Notes: generated by a model not told the origin, from the sequence alone. Numbered from the stretch's first letter, positions 1 through 10,161 are shown. The stretch: DNA of 64,000 nucleotides from a bacterium (GCA_030697645.1 JAUYPI010000004.1:1141-65140), one strand, 5' to 3'. Numbers and translations are program-made.

Positions 1-30
1 AATGCGCCAAACGCGTAAGTCCTAAGAAAT

Positions 31-741
31 ATGGTCTTCGATCTTGAGTCACATCATGCCTATATTCTTGAAGGCGTGTTTGAAGCTCTACGCGAGCCGC
101 TGGTGCGGCGTCTTGAAGAGGCGTTTGGTTTGAGCGCGGCGGGGAACCCCGATTTTTTTATTCTCGAGCATGCAGTGTTCGGCATTGACGAGGCACGGGA
201 ACTTGCCGAGCGCGCGTCGCGTCGGCCGGTCGCGGGCGGGCGGCAGGTATTTGTGATCGGCGTCTCGGGGCTCACGCGCGAGGCGCAGAACGCGCTCCTC
301 AAACTTTTTGAAGAGCCTGGCGTTGGAACACATTTTTTCTTGGTTGTTCCGACGGCAGAGGTGCTCTTGCCGACGCTCCGCTCCCGCGCCGCCCTGTTTG
401 ACGCGCGCGAGATCGGCGCGGCAGCTTCCGATGCGTACGCCGATGAAATCCCGCCCGAGGCGTTCCTTGAGTCCTTGCCCGGGCGACGTCTCGAGATACT
501 GAAATCACTCATTACCGCAAAAGACGCACCCTGTGCCGCCCGATTTCTCGCGAGTATCGAGCGTGCGCTTCACGCGCGCTCCGGCGAGATGATCACCCAC
601 GAAAACGTCTTTTATTTTGAAACCCTTGCGCGCTGCCGTAGCTACCTCCGCGACCGCTCGCCGTCGGTGAAAATGATTCTCGAGTACATCGTAGCCGTGC
701 TGCCGCGTTATGAAACGCATGCTGTGGATAACTCGCTCTAG
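31..741 (+). CDS. holB: DNA polymerase III delta-prime subunit (clamp-loader AAA+ subunit)
   Basis: 236-aa ORF; clamp-loader motif AQNALLKLFEEP (cf. NALLKTLEEPP) and degenerate P-loop region VFVIGVSG typical of delta-prime. Confidence 0.6.
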   Translation: MVFDLESHHAYILEGVFEALREPLVRRLEEAFGLSAAGNPDFFILEHAVFGIDEARELAERASRRPVAGGRQVFVIGVSGLTREAQNALLKLFEEPGVGTHFFLVVPTAEVLLPTLRSRAALFDAREIGAAASDAYADEIPPEAFLESLPGRRLEILKSLITAKDAPCAARFLASIERALHARSGEMITHENVFYFETLARCRSYLRDRSPSVKMILEYIVAVLPRYETHAVDNSL

Positions 742-774
742 CAAGCGTACCTTCGTACGTTCTATACTATACAC

Positions 775-1059
775 ATGGAACAAGCAGCGTTGAAAAATTT
801 TTTGGTGCTTACTGGTATTGGGGTCGGCGCATTAGTCATTGGCACCGTCGGCGGCTATCTTCTGGGCGTCGGGCAGGGGAGGCAGGTGCTGCTTGCGGAG
901 CAAGCAGCAGAGCGTGAGAAGGCCGCAGCAGAGGCTGAAGCAGCGCTCGTCGAGGCGGCGAACCCCTTTGCGGCCGAGAACCAGGCTGCGGCAAATCCCT
1001 TTGAGGGAGCGTATCAGAATCCTTTTGAGGCCGGGACAGTGAATCCGTTTGCACAGTAG
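775..1059 (+). CDS. hypothetical N-terminally membrane-anchored protein with NPF repeats
   Basis: 94-aa ORF; one N-terminal TM helix, Ala/Glu-rich, repeated NPF motifs; no recognisable family. Confidence 0.35.
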   Translation: MEQAALKNFLVLTGIGVGALVIGTVGGYLLGVGQGRQVLLAEQAAEREKAAAEAEAALVEAANPFAAENQAAANPFEGAYQNPFEAGTVNPFAQ

Positions 1060-1061
1060 CA

Positions 1062-1180
1062 GTTACGAAATCCGAACTGGACATTTGACCATTGACATTT
1101 GACTTCGAACGACTGTCGCAGTCGTCAAAGGTCAAATGTTACATGTCAAATGTCATGATTCTGATTTCGAGCTTCGTACT
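1062..1180. repeat. modular long palindromic intergenic element (ACATTTGACC...GGTCAAATGT core)
   Basis: Inverted arms acatttgaccattgacatttgac / gtcaaaggtcaaatgttacatgtcaaatgtcatg; related copies at 10278-10330 and 26655-26830. Confidence 0.6.
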
Positions 1181-1202
1181 TGTGTTGCATCGGATATTGA
1201 AC

Positions 1203-3701
1203 ATGATGAACCACAGAACGCGTATTTTTTTGCGTGCGGGGTCACCCGTATTCCTCCTCTTTTTTGCGTTGTCCGTTGGCGCGCAGAATCCCTTTGACGC
1301 GCTGCAATTTCCGATCGCCGGGCTTGGCGACTGCGCCTCGGTTGAGGGATGCAAGCTCTATTGTGATGAGCCGGAGAACGCTCGCGCCTGCAGTGAGTGG
1401 GCGCGGGCGAATGGTTTTGGATCTGGCGGTCGTCGGGAGGACGGTGATCAAGAGCGCAGTGGCGAGGCAGGAGGGGATGAAGAACGTATCGAACACGCAC
1501 GAGAGACGCTCGAGCGGACGACTGGTCCCGGCGGCTGCAGCAGCCCCGAGGAGTGCGATGTGTATTGTTCAGAAGAGGCGCACCACGATGAGTGCCGTGC
1601 ATTTGCGCGCGAGCACGGTTTTGATACGCACGAGGAGGAACGGATCGGGCCTGGCGGCTGCCATTCCGAAGATGAGTGTCAGTCGTACTGTCGTAACCCT
1701 GAACACACGAGAGAGTGCGTTGCATTTGGCCTTAAAAACGGCAACTTGAGCCCGGAGGAGGCGGCGCGAATACTTTCACAGATTGAACGCGCGCATACGA
1801 TTGGTGCTGAAGCGCGAAATCGCGCTCGAGAGGCAGGCGAGCGCGTGCAAGGCGAAGTGGGCGAGCGTATCCGCGGCAAGATTGAGCGGTTTGATGAGAG
1901 ACGTGGGCGCGGCCCGCGCGGCCCTCGGATCGAGGTGCGCGAGCCGAAGATTGACGAGGAGAAGGCGCGGCAAATCCTCGAGACCGAAGGGGGACCCGGC
2001 GGCTGCAGCACGTTTGATGCGTGCGAGCAATTTTGTAATGCTCCCGAGAACGGCGAGACGTGCATGCAATTTGCGCTCGAGCATGATCTCATCGCGGGCG
2101 ACGAGGCCGCGCGGATGCGGCGGCTCATGGATTCAACAGGCCCCGGGGGATGTCGCGGAAGGGCATGCGAGCAGTATTGTGAAGCGCCAGGCCACGAGCT
2201 TGAGTGTATTGAGCACGCGGAGGGACTCGGTTTGATTGATCCCACGGAGGCAGAGCGCGTTCGTGGCTTCATGCGCCGCGGCGAAGAGCGCGGGCTCGGC
2301 TGCCGCGGCCGCGAGTGCGAGCGCTATTGCGAAGACCCGGCGCATCGCGACCAGTGCTTCGAGGCGTTTAAGGATCTCATCCCCGAGGAGGAGCGGGCGC
2401 ACATTGAAAAGTTCAAAGCAATTGAAGCACGCGTCGAGTCAGCGGGTGGACCCGGCGGGTGCAGAGCAGAGGAAGAATGCCATCAGTATTGCTCCGACTC
2501 CGCGCATTTTGACGAGTGTGCCGCGTTTGCCGTCGAGGCGGGGCTCTTCTCTCCCGAGGATGCGGAAAAGATGCTGAAGCAATTTATTAATGTCGAGAAT
2601 TTTCGAGGTGGTGGGCCGGAGGGTGTCACGGCCCCGCCGGGATTTGAGGGTTTCGGCGAGCTCGGCGAGCCACCGCCGTTTGAGCATTTTGAAGATTTTG
2701 AACTGCCGGAGGGCGTGCCCCCGGAAGCACGGGAGCAGTTCAAGGCGCAGTTTGAGCAGGGGTTTCAAGGTGAATACCGGCAGCGGTTTGAAGAAGAGTT
2801 CCGGGCGCGTGCCGGACGCTTTGGGGAGTTTCGGCAACAGTTTGGCGGGGAAGGCGGCGAGCACGGGCAGTTTCCCGGTGGATTCGGAGCACCGCAGGGT
2901 GGAATGCCTCCGGGTGGTTTCGGCGGGGGTTCTGGCGAGGGCGGTTTTCAAGGATTTCCGCAGCAGGGAGGTGAGACGAGCGTGCAACGGACAAGCGGCG
3001 GCATCTCGCACATCAGTCTGAAGACAAACGACTCCGGTCTCTTCACGCTTCGCATCGAGGACTCGGACGGTATCGCGAGCTTTGCGCTCGATCCCGCCGA
3101 GGGCTCACGCTACGGCGGGGATGTGCCGAACTGCCCGCGTCGGCATGAATCAACCACCGTGCGCCTCAGCGGCTCGTTCCCGTACACGCTTACTTACACC
3201 GACTGCGCGGGGAACACCACTGAACGCACGCTCTCGCAGAACGAAGCGTACGGCACTCCAACTGCGCCGCCCCAGGGATCGTTGCCGGGAGCGGGCACTG
3301 TACCAGTCCAGCCCCCGGGAGTTGGGGGAATTCCGCAAGGGTTTGACCCGCGTTCGGTCGGCCTCCCCGAAGGCTTCCAGTTCGACGGGAGCAACATCCC
3401 GCCGGAGTTCCTCACAGACGAACTCCGCGCGCAGATTGAAGAGATGCGACGCCGTGAGACCGAGAACCAATACCACGAGCAGTACCAACAACAATCTGAT
3501 CAACAGTATCAGCAGCAGTATAATCAGCAGTACCAACAACAATACGACCAGCAGCAACAAAATTTCACACCGCCGGAATATCAGTACCCCCCACCCGAGG
3601 GCACCGAGCAGCACATAGACTCCACAGCCCCAACCGGCTTTTTCCTCTCCCGCATGATCGCGAACGCCGCGCGGGCGTTCCTGGAGTTGTTGGGAAGGTA
3701 G
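1203..3701 (+). CDS. secreted cysteine-rich repeat protein (7 tandem 4-Cys modules) with Gly/Phe-rich and Gln/Tyr-rich low-complexity tail
   Basis: Start moved to internal ATG 1203 after the palindromic element; signal-peptide-like N-terminus; repeats GPGGC-x5-C-x3-C-x8-C...; C-terminal QYQQQYNQQYQQQY. Confidence 0.6.
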   Translation: MMNHRTRIFLRAGSPVFLLFFALSVGAQNPFDALQFPIAGLGDCASVEGCKLYCDEPENARACSEWARANGFGSGGRREDGDQERSGEAGGDEERIEHARETLERTTGPGGCSSPEECDVYCSEEAHHDECRAFAREHGFDTHEEERIGPGGCHSEDECQSYCRNPEHTRECVAFGLKNGNLSPEEAARILSQIERAHTIGAEARNRAREAGERVQGEVGERIRGKIERFDERRGRGPRGPRIEVREPKIDEEKARQILETEGGPGGCSTFDACEQFCNAPENGETCMQFALEHDLIAGDEAARMRRLMDSTGPGGCRGRACEQYCEAPGHELECIEHAEGLGLIDPTEAERVRGFMRRGEERGLGCRGRECERYCEDPAHRDQCFEAFKDLIPEEERAHIEKFKAIEARVESAGGPGGCRAEEECHQYCSDSAHFDECAAFAVEAGLFSPEDAEKMLKQFINVENFRGGGPEGVTAPPGFEGFGELGEPPPFEHFEDFELPEGVPPEAREQFKAQFEQGFQGEYRQRFEEEFRARAGRFGEFRQQFGGEGGEHGQFPGGFGAPQGGMPPGGFGGGSGEGGFQGFPQQGGETSVQRTSGGISHISLKTNDSGLFTLRIEDSDGIASFALDPAEGSRYGGDVPNCPRRHESTTVRLSGSFPYTLTYTDCAGNTTERTLSQNEAYGTPTAPPQGSLPGAGTVPVQPPGVGGIPQGFDPRSVGLPEGFQFDGSNIPPEFLTDELRAQIEEMRRRETENQYHEQYQQQSDQQYQQQYNQQYQQQYDQQQQNFTPPEYQYPPPEGTEQHIDSTAPTGFFLSRMIANAARAFLELLGR

Positions 3702-3724
3702 AGGGTAGAGAGTAGAAACATTGT

Positions 3725-3762
3725 CCCGCCGCAGAGACCAAGTCTCTGCGGCGGGGGTTTGC
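3725..3762 (+). terminator. intrinsic terminator hairpin (cccgccgcagagac...gtctctgcggcggg + T-rich)
   Basis: Perfect GC-rich inverted repeat directly after the 1203-3701 stop. Confidence 0.5.
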
Positions 3763-4126
3763 GTTTGGCGCTATGCCGTCATAATAACAATGCGGCCGCA
3801 TTGTTATTATGACGATGAGTTTTGCGGCGAGTGAGGGTGCTAAGGCCCCATCCATAAATAAGTTCCTCTAATTCGTGCTGAATAGCATGGCCTGATGCAG
3901 CTTGGCGCGGAATGAGCGAATCCAAGCCGTATCGAGATACGGTGAGGATTTCGCGATTGAGCACGAGCCGCATAAGGGCGTGCAGTGAGTGCGAGATGGG
4001 GAAATTATTTATGGATGGGGGCCTAAGTTGGCAGTTGTTGCGGTTCGTAGTTGCCGTGGGAGTAGTGGCGATTTTCTTTTGCAGTTGTGTCTGCGTTTTT
4101 ATTTGGTATGATGGTGGCACTGGAGT

Positions 4127-4678
4127 ATGTCGTACGATTTCAAAGAACTTAAAGATAGTCTTCGCGAGGCGGAGGAGTGGCTGGTGCGCGAGTTTGGGGG
4201 GATACGCACGGGGCGGGCGGCGCCGGCGCTGCTTGACTCGGTGATTGTCGAGGCCTATGGTGCAAAAATGTCGCTTCGCGACCTTGCGAGCACGACCACC
4301 GAGGACGCACGGACGCTCTGCGTTGCGCCGTATGATGTTTCTACCGTGAGAGCGATCGAGCGTGCTATTAGAGCAGCAAACCTTGGCGTCTCGGTGATCG
4401 CGGACGAGCGCGGCGTGCGCGTTGCGTTTCCGGAGCTCACCGCGGAGCGCCGCACGCTCCTCATGAAACTCTCGCGCGGGAAGCTTGAGGAGGCGCGCAT
4501 TCGTTCTCGCAGTGCGCGCGACAGCGCCTGGAGCGACATACAGAAGCGGGAGCGAGACGGCGAGATGGGCGAGGACGATAAGTTCCGCGCGAAGGAGGAG
4601 ATGGAGAAGCTGGTGCAAGAGGGCAACCGCGCGCTGGAGGCGTGTTTCGGGAAGAAGGAGAGGGAAATCGGCACGTGA
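4127..4678 (+). CDS. frr: ribosome recycling factor
   Basis: 183 aa; full-length similarity to RRF (VEAYGAKMSLRDLASTTTEDARTL..., C-terminal KEEMEKLVQEGNRALE). Confidence 0.9.
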   Translation: MSYDFKELKDSLREAEEWLVREFGGIRTGRAAPALLDSVIVEAYGAKMSLRDLASTTTEDARTLCVAPYDVSTVRAIERAIRAANLGVSVIADERGVRVAFPELTAERRTLLMKLSRGKLEEARIRSRSARDSAWSDIQKRERDGEMGEDDKFRAKEEMEKLVQEGNRALEACFGKKEREIGT

Positions 4679-4734
4679 GACAAGAGCCACGTGTTAGAAC
4701 CCAAAGCGCAAAGTTGACTCGAAAATGTCACATG

Positions 4735-4868
4735 CAAAAATTTACAATTTTCAATTTTGCAATTTTCAAATAATTTTCAATGTGTCAATGACTCAATGAC
4801 GACGACGTCGTTCGTGTTTGAAAATTGCTTCATTGAAAAATTGATTGAAAATTGAAAATTTTGTTGGC
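4735..4868. repeat. modular palindromic element: (CAATTTT)n - core caatgacgacgacgtcgttcgtgtttg - (AAAATTG)n
   Basis: 7-mer tandem arrays in inverted orientation around an AAACACGACG-type core; sits immediately upstream of rseP. Confidence 0.6.
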
Positions 4869-4906
4869 ATCTGGCATTCACTTGGAAGTTTTCTTTTTCA
4901 GTCTCC

Positions 4907-6025
4907 ATGAGTATTGTTATTTTTTTAGTTATTCTCGCCGTCCTGATCCTCGTCCACGAGTTCGGGCATTTTTTGCTTGCGAAGCAAGCGGGGATTCGTG
5001 TGGATGAGTTTGGCCTCGGCTTTCCGCCGCGTCTCTTTGGTCGAAGGAAGGGCGAGACCATGTACTCGATCAATGCGATTCCGTTTGGCGGTTTTGTGAA
5101 AATTTTTGGCGAGGACCCTTCTGAGGAGGCGCGGAACGGCCCGGATGCCGCGCGAAGTTTTATTAACCGCCCGAGGGCGACGCAGGCGGCGGTGCTCGGT
5201 GCCGGTGTCGTGTTCAATCTCCTTTTCGCGTGGCTTCTCCTCACGGCGGCATTTACTTCCGGAATGCCTGCATCAGTCGGGTTCGCTGAGGGATTGCCGG
5301 TCACGAACGAGCGCGTCATAATTACGAGCGTGCTCCCTGGCTCGAGCGCGGAGCGCGCGGGACTCGAGAGCGGCGACATCATTCGTGCGGTTGACGCCAA
5401 GGACGGCGTCGTTGGCGCGGTGAGCGTCGAGGCCATACAGCAGTTTATTGCCGCGCGTGGCGGGGAGCCACTTCTTCTTACCTACGAGCGCGACGGAGCA
5501 GTCGAGCAGGCGTCGGTGACACCGGCAGTTTTAGCGTTTGAGACGCTCGAGGCGAGTGGAGCTGCCGCTCGACCAGTTATCGGCATCACGATGGACATGA
5601 TCGGCGAGGTGGCGCTGCCGCTCCACCTCGCAGCAGTTGCGAGCGGCCGTCTTTCCTTTGAGCTTCCGGGGCGCATCGCGGTCGGCCTCGGCGAGCTTAT
5701 CGCCGGGGCAATTCGCGGCACCGCGGACTTCTCCGAAGTCGCCGGGCCGGTCGGGATCGTGGGGCTCGTTGGCGAGGCGGCTCAGTTTGGGTTCGTCTCG
5801 CTCCTCTCATTCACCGCTTTCATATCGCTCAATCTCGCGGTGATCAACCTTCTGCCGTTCCCGGCGCTCGACGGCGGGCGGCTGCTTTTTGTCGGGATCG
5901 AGGCGCTGAAGCGCAGCCCCATCAGCCCGCGGATCGCGAACACTGCGAACACCGTGGGCTTCGTCCTTCTTATCCTCCTCATGCTCGCGGTGACGTACAA
6001 CGACGTCGTGCGCTTGCTACACTGA
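4907..6025 (+). CDS. rseP: RIP zinc metalloprotease RseP (site-2 protease, M50 with PDZ)
   Basis: 372 aa; HEFGH zinc motif at N-terminus, PDZ-like middle (VLPGSSAERAGLESGDIIRAVD), C-terminal LDGG motif, multiple TM helices. Confidence 0.85.
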   Translation: MSIVIFLVILAVLILVHEFGHFLLAKQAGIRVDEFGLGFPPRLFGRRKGETMYSINAIPFGGFVKIFGEDPSEEARNGPDAARSFINRPRATQAAVLGAGVVFNLLFAWLLLTAAFTSGMPASVGFAEGLPVTNERVIITSVLPGSSAERAGLESGDIIRAVDAKDGVVGAVSVEAIQQFIAARGGEPLLLTYERDGAVEQASVTPAVLAFETLEASGAAARPVIGITMDMIGEVALPLHLAAVASGRLSFELPGRIAVGLGELIAGAIRGTADFSEVAGPVGIVGLVGEAAQFGFVSLLSFTAFISLNLAVINLLPFPALDGGRLLFVGIEALKRSPISPRIANTANTVGFVLLILLMLAVTYNDVVRLLH

Positions 6026-6085
6026 CGCAAACGTGCTATTTTTGAGCGCGGTTTGAACATCCACATATACTTAAGGGGTACGGGA

Positions 6086-6922
6086 ATGGGACTCACCGTT
6101 CTTTCGCTCAATGTTTGGAACGGCAGACGACACGATGAGCTTCTGGAGTATCTCTCTCGGCAGAGCGCCGAAGTGGACATCTTTTGTTTGCAGGAGATGT
6201 CTAGTACCGATACGGTCATTGCCGCAGACCGGACCGATCAAAGTGTGAATCTCTTGCAAGATTTTCGGGCTGCACTTGCAAACTTTGAAGGTTATTTTGC
6301 ACCAGTCTGTCAGCTCCTCGGCGTCGCCGCCGACGGGATCCACGTCGAGTTTGCATTTCAGGTTGGTCTTGCGATGTTTATCCGGCGCACGCTCCCACTA
6401 CTCTCGCCACCCGAGAATGTATTTGTATTTGGCGAGTATAACAAGCCGGTGCGGATGGAGAACAAATACCGGACACAGCTTCGGCCGCACCCGTTTATAC
6501 TCGCTCCGCCACGTACCCTGCAATATGTGGCGGTCGAGTACGGCGGCGAGCCGTATCTCGTGTATAACTTTCACGGTCTGTGGAACGGGGGGCCGAAAGT
6601 CGACACGGACGAGCGGCTCAAGCAGAGTCAGCGCATACGCGAACTACTCGAGCACCACCGGTCCTATAAAAAAATTTTCGTCGGCGATTTTAATCTCAAT
6701 CTGGAGACCGTGAGCCTTGAGATGATCGAGGAGGCGGGAGGGTTCCGCAATCTCGTGTTCGAGTATGGCATTGGGACGACGAGGAGTGTATTGTACCTGG
6801 AGCGCGATCGAAGTCCCTTTGCGGATTATGCGCTTGTAAGCGAAGACGTGCGTGTCACGTCGTTTGAAGTGCCGAAGGTTGCCGTATCCGACCACCTTCC
6901 GCTCATCGTTCATATCGAGTGA
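6086..6922 (+). CDS. endonuclease/exonuclease/phosphatase (EEP) family protein
   Basis: N-terminal LNVWNG and C-terminal SDHLPLIVHIE motifs characteristic of the EEP fold; start chosen at ATG 6086. Confidence 0.65.
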   Translation: MGLTVLSLNVWNGRRHDELLEYLSRQSAEVDIFCLQEMSSTDTVIAADRTDQSVNLLQDFRAALANFEGYFAPVCQLLGVAADGIHVEFAFQVGLAMFIRRTLPLLSPPENVFVFGEYNKPVRMENKYRTQLRPHPFILAPPRTLQYVAVEYGGEPYLVYNFHGLWNGGPKVDTDERLKQSQRIRELLEHHRSYKKIFVGDFNLNLETVSLEMIEEAGGFRNLVFEYGIGTTRSVLYLERDRSPFADYALVSEDVRVTSFEVPKVAVSDHLPLIVHIE

Positions 6923-7009
6923 ACGACGGTAGCCTGACCTTGAGTACCCCGCCATTGCTATGGCGGGGTACAAGTTTTTTCGCGCACGTGGACATGGTAT
7001 AGTTGCTGT

Positions 7010-7186
7010 ATGAGTGAGTCACCCGAAGGGACGGCAGCGCAGCGTGTCGAATCGCCACGCGAGCAACTGGAACGTGAAGCGGCGCGAACTCTCGGAGAAG
7101 AATATCGCGCGCTCATCGCGCGCGCGGACGAGCGCGTGCGCGCGGAGCCAGTGTTTCGGCGTGTCGAGGCGCGAGAGCCGGTATAA
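7010..7186 (+). CDS. hypothetical small protein (58 aa)
   Basis: ATG-initiated ORF below the 60-aa track cutoff (MSESPEGTAAQRVESPREQLEREAARTLGEEYRALIARADERVRAEPVFRRVEAREPV); codon usage matches neighbours; no homology recognised. Confidence 0.25.
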   Translation: MSESPEGTAAQRVESPREQLEREAARTLGEEYRALIARADERVRAEPVFRRVEAREPV

Positions 7187-7235
7187 TTCCTCGTCCCACT
7201 CTCCACTTTCTACCCTCCACTCTCTATCGTACCAA

Positions 7236-7414
7236 TAGACCTCTTGCATAACCCGCTCCTGCTACAATTTCTGATTTTTGGCTGCGACTTCGTCGAGTTT
7301 CGCAAAATGATTCTCGTCGTACAACAAGTACGCCGTCGAATCATTTTGCTCACTCTCCTCGTCTCGCTCAAAAATTAGAAATCTCGCGACGAAGCGGGTT
7401 ATGCAAGAAGTCTA
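7236..7414. repeat. ~180-bp TIR-bounded palindromic element (family TAGACCTCTTGCATAACCCG...CGGGTTATGCAAGAGGTCTA), copy 1
   Basis: One of 6 near-identical copies; internal nested inverted repeats (gcaaaatggttc/gaaccattttgc etc.); ends at the nucleotide before the ATG of the 7415 gene. Confidence 0.85.
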
Positions 7415-7723
7415 ATGAAATCCTACCCGATCAAAAACGAACTCGACTTTCTTATCGCGCGCGCAGAGAGCGAGCGTTCGGAGATGCAGACGCTGCTCGA
7501 TACTTCTCGCCGCGATGGCGATTATTGGAGAGAGAAGGCTACAGCGAAGCTCGCGACGTTTCTCGGCCTTGAGGTGCAATTTCTCTCGCGCCTTGCCGAG
7601 CTCGAGAGCGATTATCCCGAACTGGCCGCCGCCATCGAGGAGCGTAAGCGCTACCTCGCGGCTCTCGTAAGCGAGGCGCGGGCGATGTACGCCGCCTGGC
7701 AGGGTGCCGCGGAACAGACATGA
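7415..7723 (+). CDS. hypothetical protein
   Basis: 102-aa charged/helical ORF; ATG abuts the repeat element; 4-nt overlap with the downstream gene. Confidence 0.45.
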   Translation: MKSYPIKNELDFLIARAESERSEMQTLLDTSRRDGDYWREKATAKLATFLGLEVQFLSRLAELESDYPELAAAIEERKRYLAALVSEARAMYAAWQGAAEQT

Positions 7724-8790
7724 GTGAGATCACCGATACCACACATACCAAAACAGAGATCGCCGCGCATCTCGGTATTCTCCGCTCCCTCGAGACGCCG
7801 AGCGGGCTGTTTTTCGCCTCGGCAAAAGGGGTCTCGACTGGCTACGACAAGGCGTGGCTTCGCGACAACTTTTACACCTCGCTTGCGTTTGAGGCAGCCG
7901 AGGAATGGGAGACCGTCGCGCGATGCTCTCGCGCGGTGCTCGATATTTTCCTCAAACACGAAGAGAAGATCAGCTGGGCGGCTCGTGAGCGGCCGCACGC
8001 AAGCTACCAGTACATCCATGCGCGCTACCACCCCGAGACATTCGAGGAATTTTGGGATGAATGGGGGAATAAGCAAAATGACGCGGTTGGAGCCGTGCTT
8101 TTTAAGCTCGGCGACCTCAAGCGGCAGGGAAGAGGTGTCGTCGCGACTGCAGATGACCGGCGCATCGTACAGAAGCTCGTAGACTACCTTGTATCGATCG
8201 AGTATTGGCACGATCCGGACAACGGTATGTGGGAGGAGCAGGAGGAGGTGCATGCGTCCTCAATCGGCGCTTGCGTCGCGGGACTCCGCAAAGTGCGCGA
8301 GGCGTTTCCGTTCATCACGGTGCCACAGGGTACGATCGAGCGCGGCGGGGAGGCGCTGCGCGCGCTTCTTCCGCGCGAATCCGCGAGTAAGTTTTGCGAT
8401 CTTGCGCTACTCTCGCTTTTCTACCCGTATAATCTCCTTGAAGGCGCTGTGGCGGACGAAATCCTCAACAACCTCGAGTACCACCTTTCGCGCGAGCGCG
8501 GCGTGGTTCGTTACAAGACCGACCGCTACTATAATAAGAATGCCGATGGATGGAGCGAGGAGGCGGAGTGGACGATGGGTTTTCCGTGGCTTGCGATTGT
8601 ACACGCGCGTCGCGGCGCGCGAGAGCGCGCCGCCGAGTATCTCGACCGTGCGCGAGCCGTCCTCACGACGAACGGCATGCTCCCGGAGCTCTACCACTCA
8701 AACGCAACGACACCAAATGAAAACATTCCCCTTGCATGGGCAGAGAGCCTTTTCGTGGCCGCGCTCATCGAATGTGCACGCCTGCGATAA
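7720..8790 (+). CDS. glycoside hydrolase family 15-like protein (glucoamylase/trehalase-type (alpha/alpha)6 barrel)
   Basis: GH15 signatures AWLRDN (W-x-RD) and MWEEQEE (WEE general-acid motif); 356 aa. Confidence 0.55.
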   Translation: MSEITDTTHTKTEIAAHLGILRSLETPSGLFFASAKGVSTGYDKAWLRDNFYTSLAFEAAEEWETVARCSRAVLDIFLKHEEKISWAARERPHASYQYIHARYHPETFEEFWDEWGNKQNDAVGAVLFKLGDLKRQGRGVVATADDRRIVQKLVDYLVSIEYWHDPDNGMWEEQEEVHASSIGACVAGLRKVREAFPFITVPQGTIERGGEALRALLPRESASKFCDLALLSLFYPYNLLEGAVADEILNNLEYHLSRERGVVRYKTDRYYNKNADGWSEEAEWTMGFPWLAIVHARRGARERAAEYLDRARAVLTTNGMLPELYHSNATTPNENIPLAWAESLFVAALIECARLR

Positions 8791-8847
8791 AATCGGATTT
8801 TTAGGTAACTCACGGGCGCTTAGAATCCGGTTCGCCCGCTTTAGATC

Positions 8848-10161
8848 TTACGCCGATTCCTTTGATGCCGTTTCTATGAGCGCCTGCGTGTAGGAGAGTG
8901 CCATGCGCTGCTCGGAAGGATCGAAGTGTGTGATCAGGAAGGGGTACGATTTCCCCAACTCAAGCGTGGCGTGCAGCTCCGATTCCGATCCGCCGAATTC
9001 GGAGATGTGCACGAGCCCCGCGATGCCCTCCTCGATGCTTGCGAGCGCGCCGTGGCGGTTGTACTTAATGATGACGCCCTGAACCCGCTCGCCGCGGTGG
9101 TAGCGCGTGCCAGCCTCTTTCCACGGATTGGGCTTCAGCGCTTTCATGGAGAGCGAGATTTTGTCATCCTTTATGTCGATGATTTTTACGCGCACCCGAT
9201 CGCCCGTCGATACAAACGCCCGTGGGTTGTCGACGAGTCCCCAGTCGATCTCGGAGAGATGGACGAGCCCTTCGAGGCTGTCTTCGAGCTTCACAAATGC
9301 GCCGAAGTCAACCGTGCCAGTTACCTCGCCGTCGAGCTCATCGCCGACGTTATATTTGTCGACGAGCGCTTGCTTCTCTCGGTGGACGCCATACTTCTCG
9401 GTAAAGATAAGTTTGCCTTCCTTTGGCAGTACCGAGAGGACGGAGACTAAGATGTGCTCGCCGACGAGCGCGCGGAGCGCCTCGAGAATCTGGTCCTTGT
9501 CGCCGCCTGCAACGTGTGGATAATGCTCGGCCGTGAGCTGCGAGGCGGGAAGAAATCCTGAAACCCCCTGCCACTCGAGAATGAGGCCGCCCTTATTTGC
9601 GTCTTTGACCACAAGCTCGATTGTTGTACGTGCGCGCGCGAGACGTTCCGCCTCGCTCCAGACGAGCGCTTGTCGTGCTTCCTTCAGGGAGAGTTCGATA
9701 TAACCGTCCTCGTTTTCCGATGCCACGACCTTGGCGGCAATCTCATCGCCGATATTGACTTTGCGCAGAAGGTCGCGCGCGCTCTGATATTCGCGGCCGT
9801 AGATCGTGCCGGTGCCGAACGGCGAGAGATCGACGTAGACTGCCATGCGACCGATCGCAACTACGTTGCCGTGGACGAGGTCTCCACCGACGGGCGGTGT
9901 CCCGGCGCGCAGAATGAGGGCCGCCATCGGGCTTTCGTGTTTTTTCGGGAGGCGTTTCGCGCTCCGCTCTGGCCGTACGCGTTCGGTGGCCTCTTCCGTC
10001 GACGACTCGTCTGTCCCGCCGAGGGAGGCGTCGGGCGCTTCGAGAACGTGTGGCCGATACCCCTGTTCACCCGCTTCGGTGCTCTCGTCGTGCGGCAGAA
10101 GAGTGAAGTCAGCTCTCGTATCGCGCTGGGGTTCGGTACCCCCAGTAGGTTTCTGATCCAT
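8848..10161 (-). CDS. rpsA: 30S ribosomal protein S1 (4 S1 domains)
   Basis: Repeated S1 OB-fold signatures (GEVTGTVDFGAFVKLEDSLEGLVHLSEI..., GERVQGVIIKYNRHGALASI...); start set at internal ATG (MDQKPTGG). Confidence 0.8.
   Translation of the reverse strand: MDQKPTGGTEPQRDTRADFTLLPHDESTEAGEQGYRPHVLEAPDASLGGTDESSTEEATERVRPERSAKRLPKKHESPMAALILRAGTPPVGGDLVHGNVVAIGRMAVYVDLSPFGTGTIYGREYQSARDLLRKVNIGDEIAAKVVASENEDGYIELSLKEARQALVWSEAERLARARTTIELVVKDANKGGLILEWQGVSGFLPASQLTAEHYPHVAGGDKDQILEALRALVGEHILVSVLSVLPKEGKLIFTEKYGVHREKQALVDKYNVGDELDGEVTGTVDFGAFVKLEDSLEGLVHLSEIDWGLVDNPRAFVSTGDRVRVKIIDIKDDKISLSMKALKPNPWKEAGTRYHRGERVQGVIIKYNRHGALASIEEGIAGLVHISEFGGSESELHATLELGKSYPFLITHFDPSEQRMALSYTQALIETASKESA

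Noticed and set aside
3779-4690. Long antisense ORFs opposite well-supported genes (3779-4690 vs frr, 12731-13297, 16676-17251, 28902-29723, 32664-33425, 45369-46613, 52145-53272, 55044-55988, 59737-60666)
   Set aside because: High GC content produces long open frames on the opposite strand. The sense-strand genes have clear homology, motifs or signal peptides, while the antisense translations are low-complexity Arg/Pro/Ser-rich.
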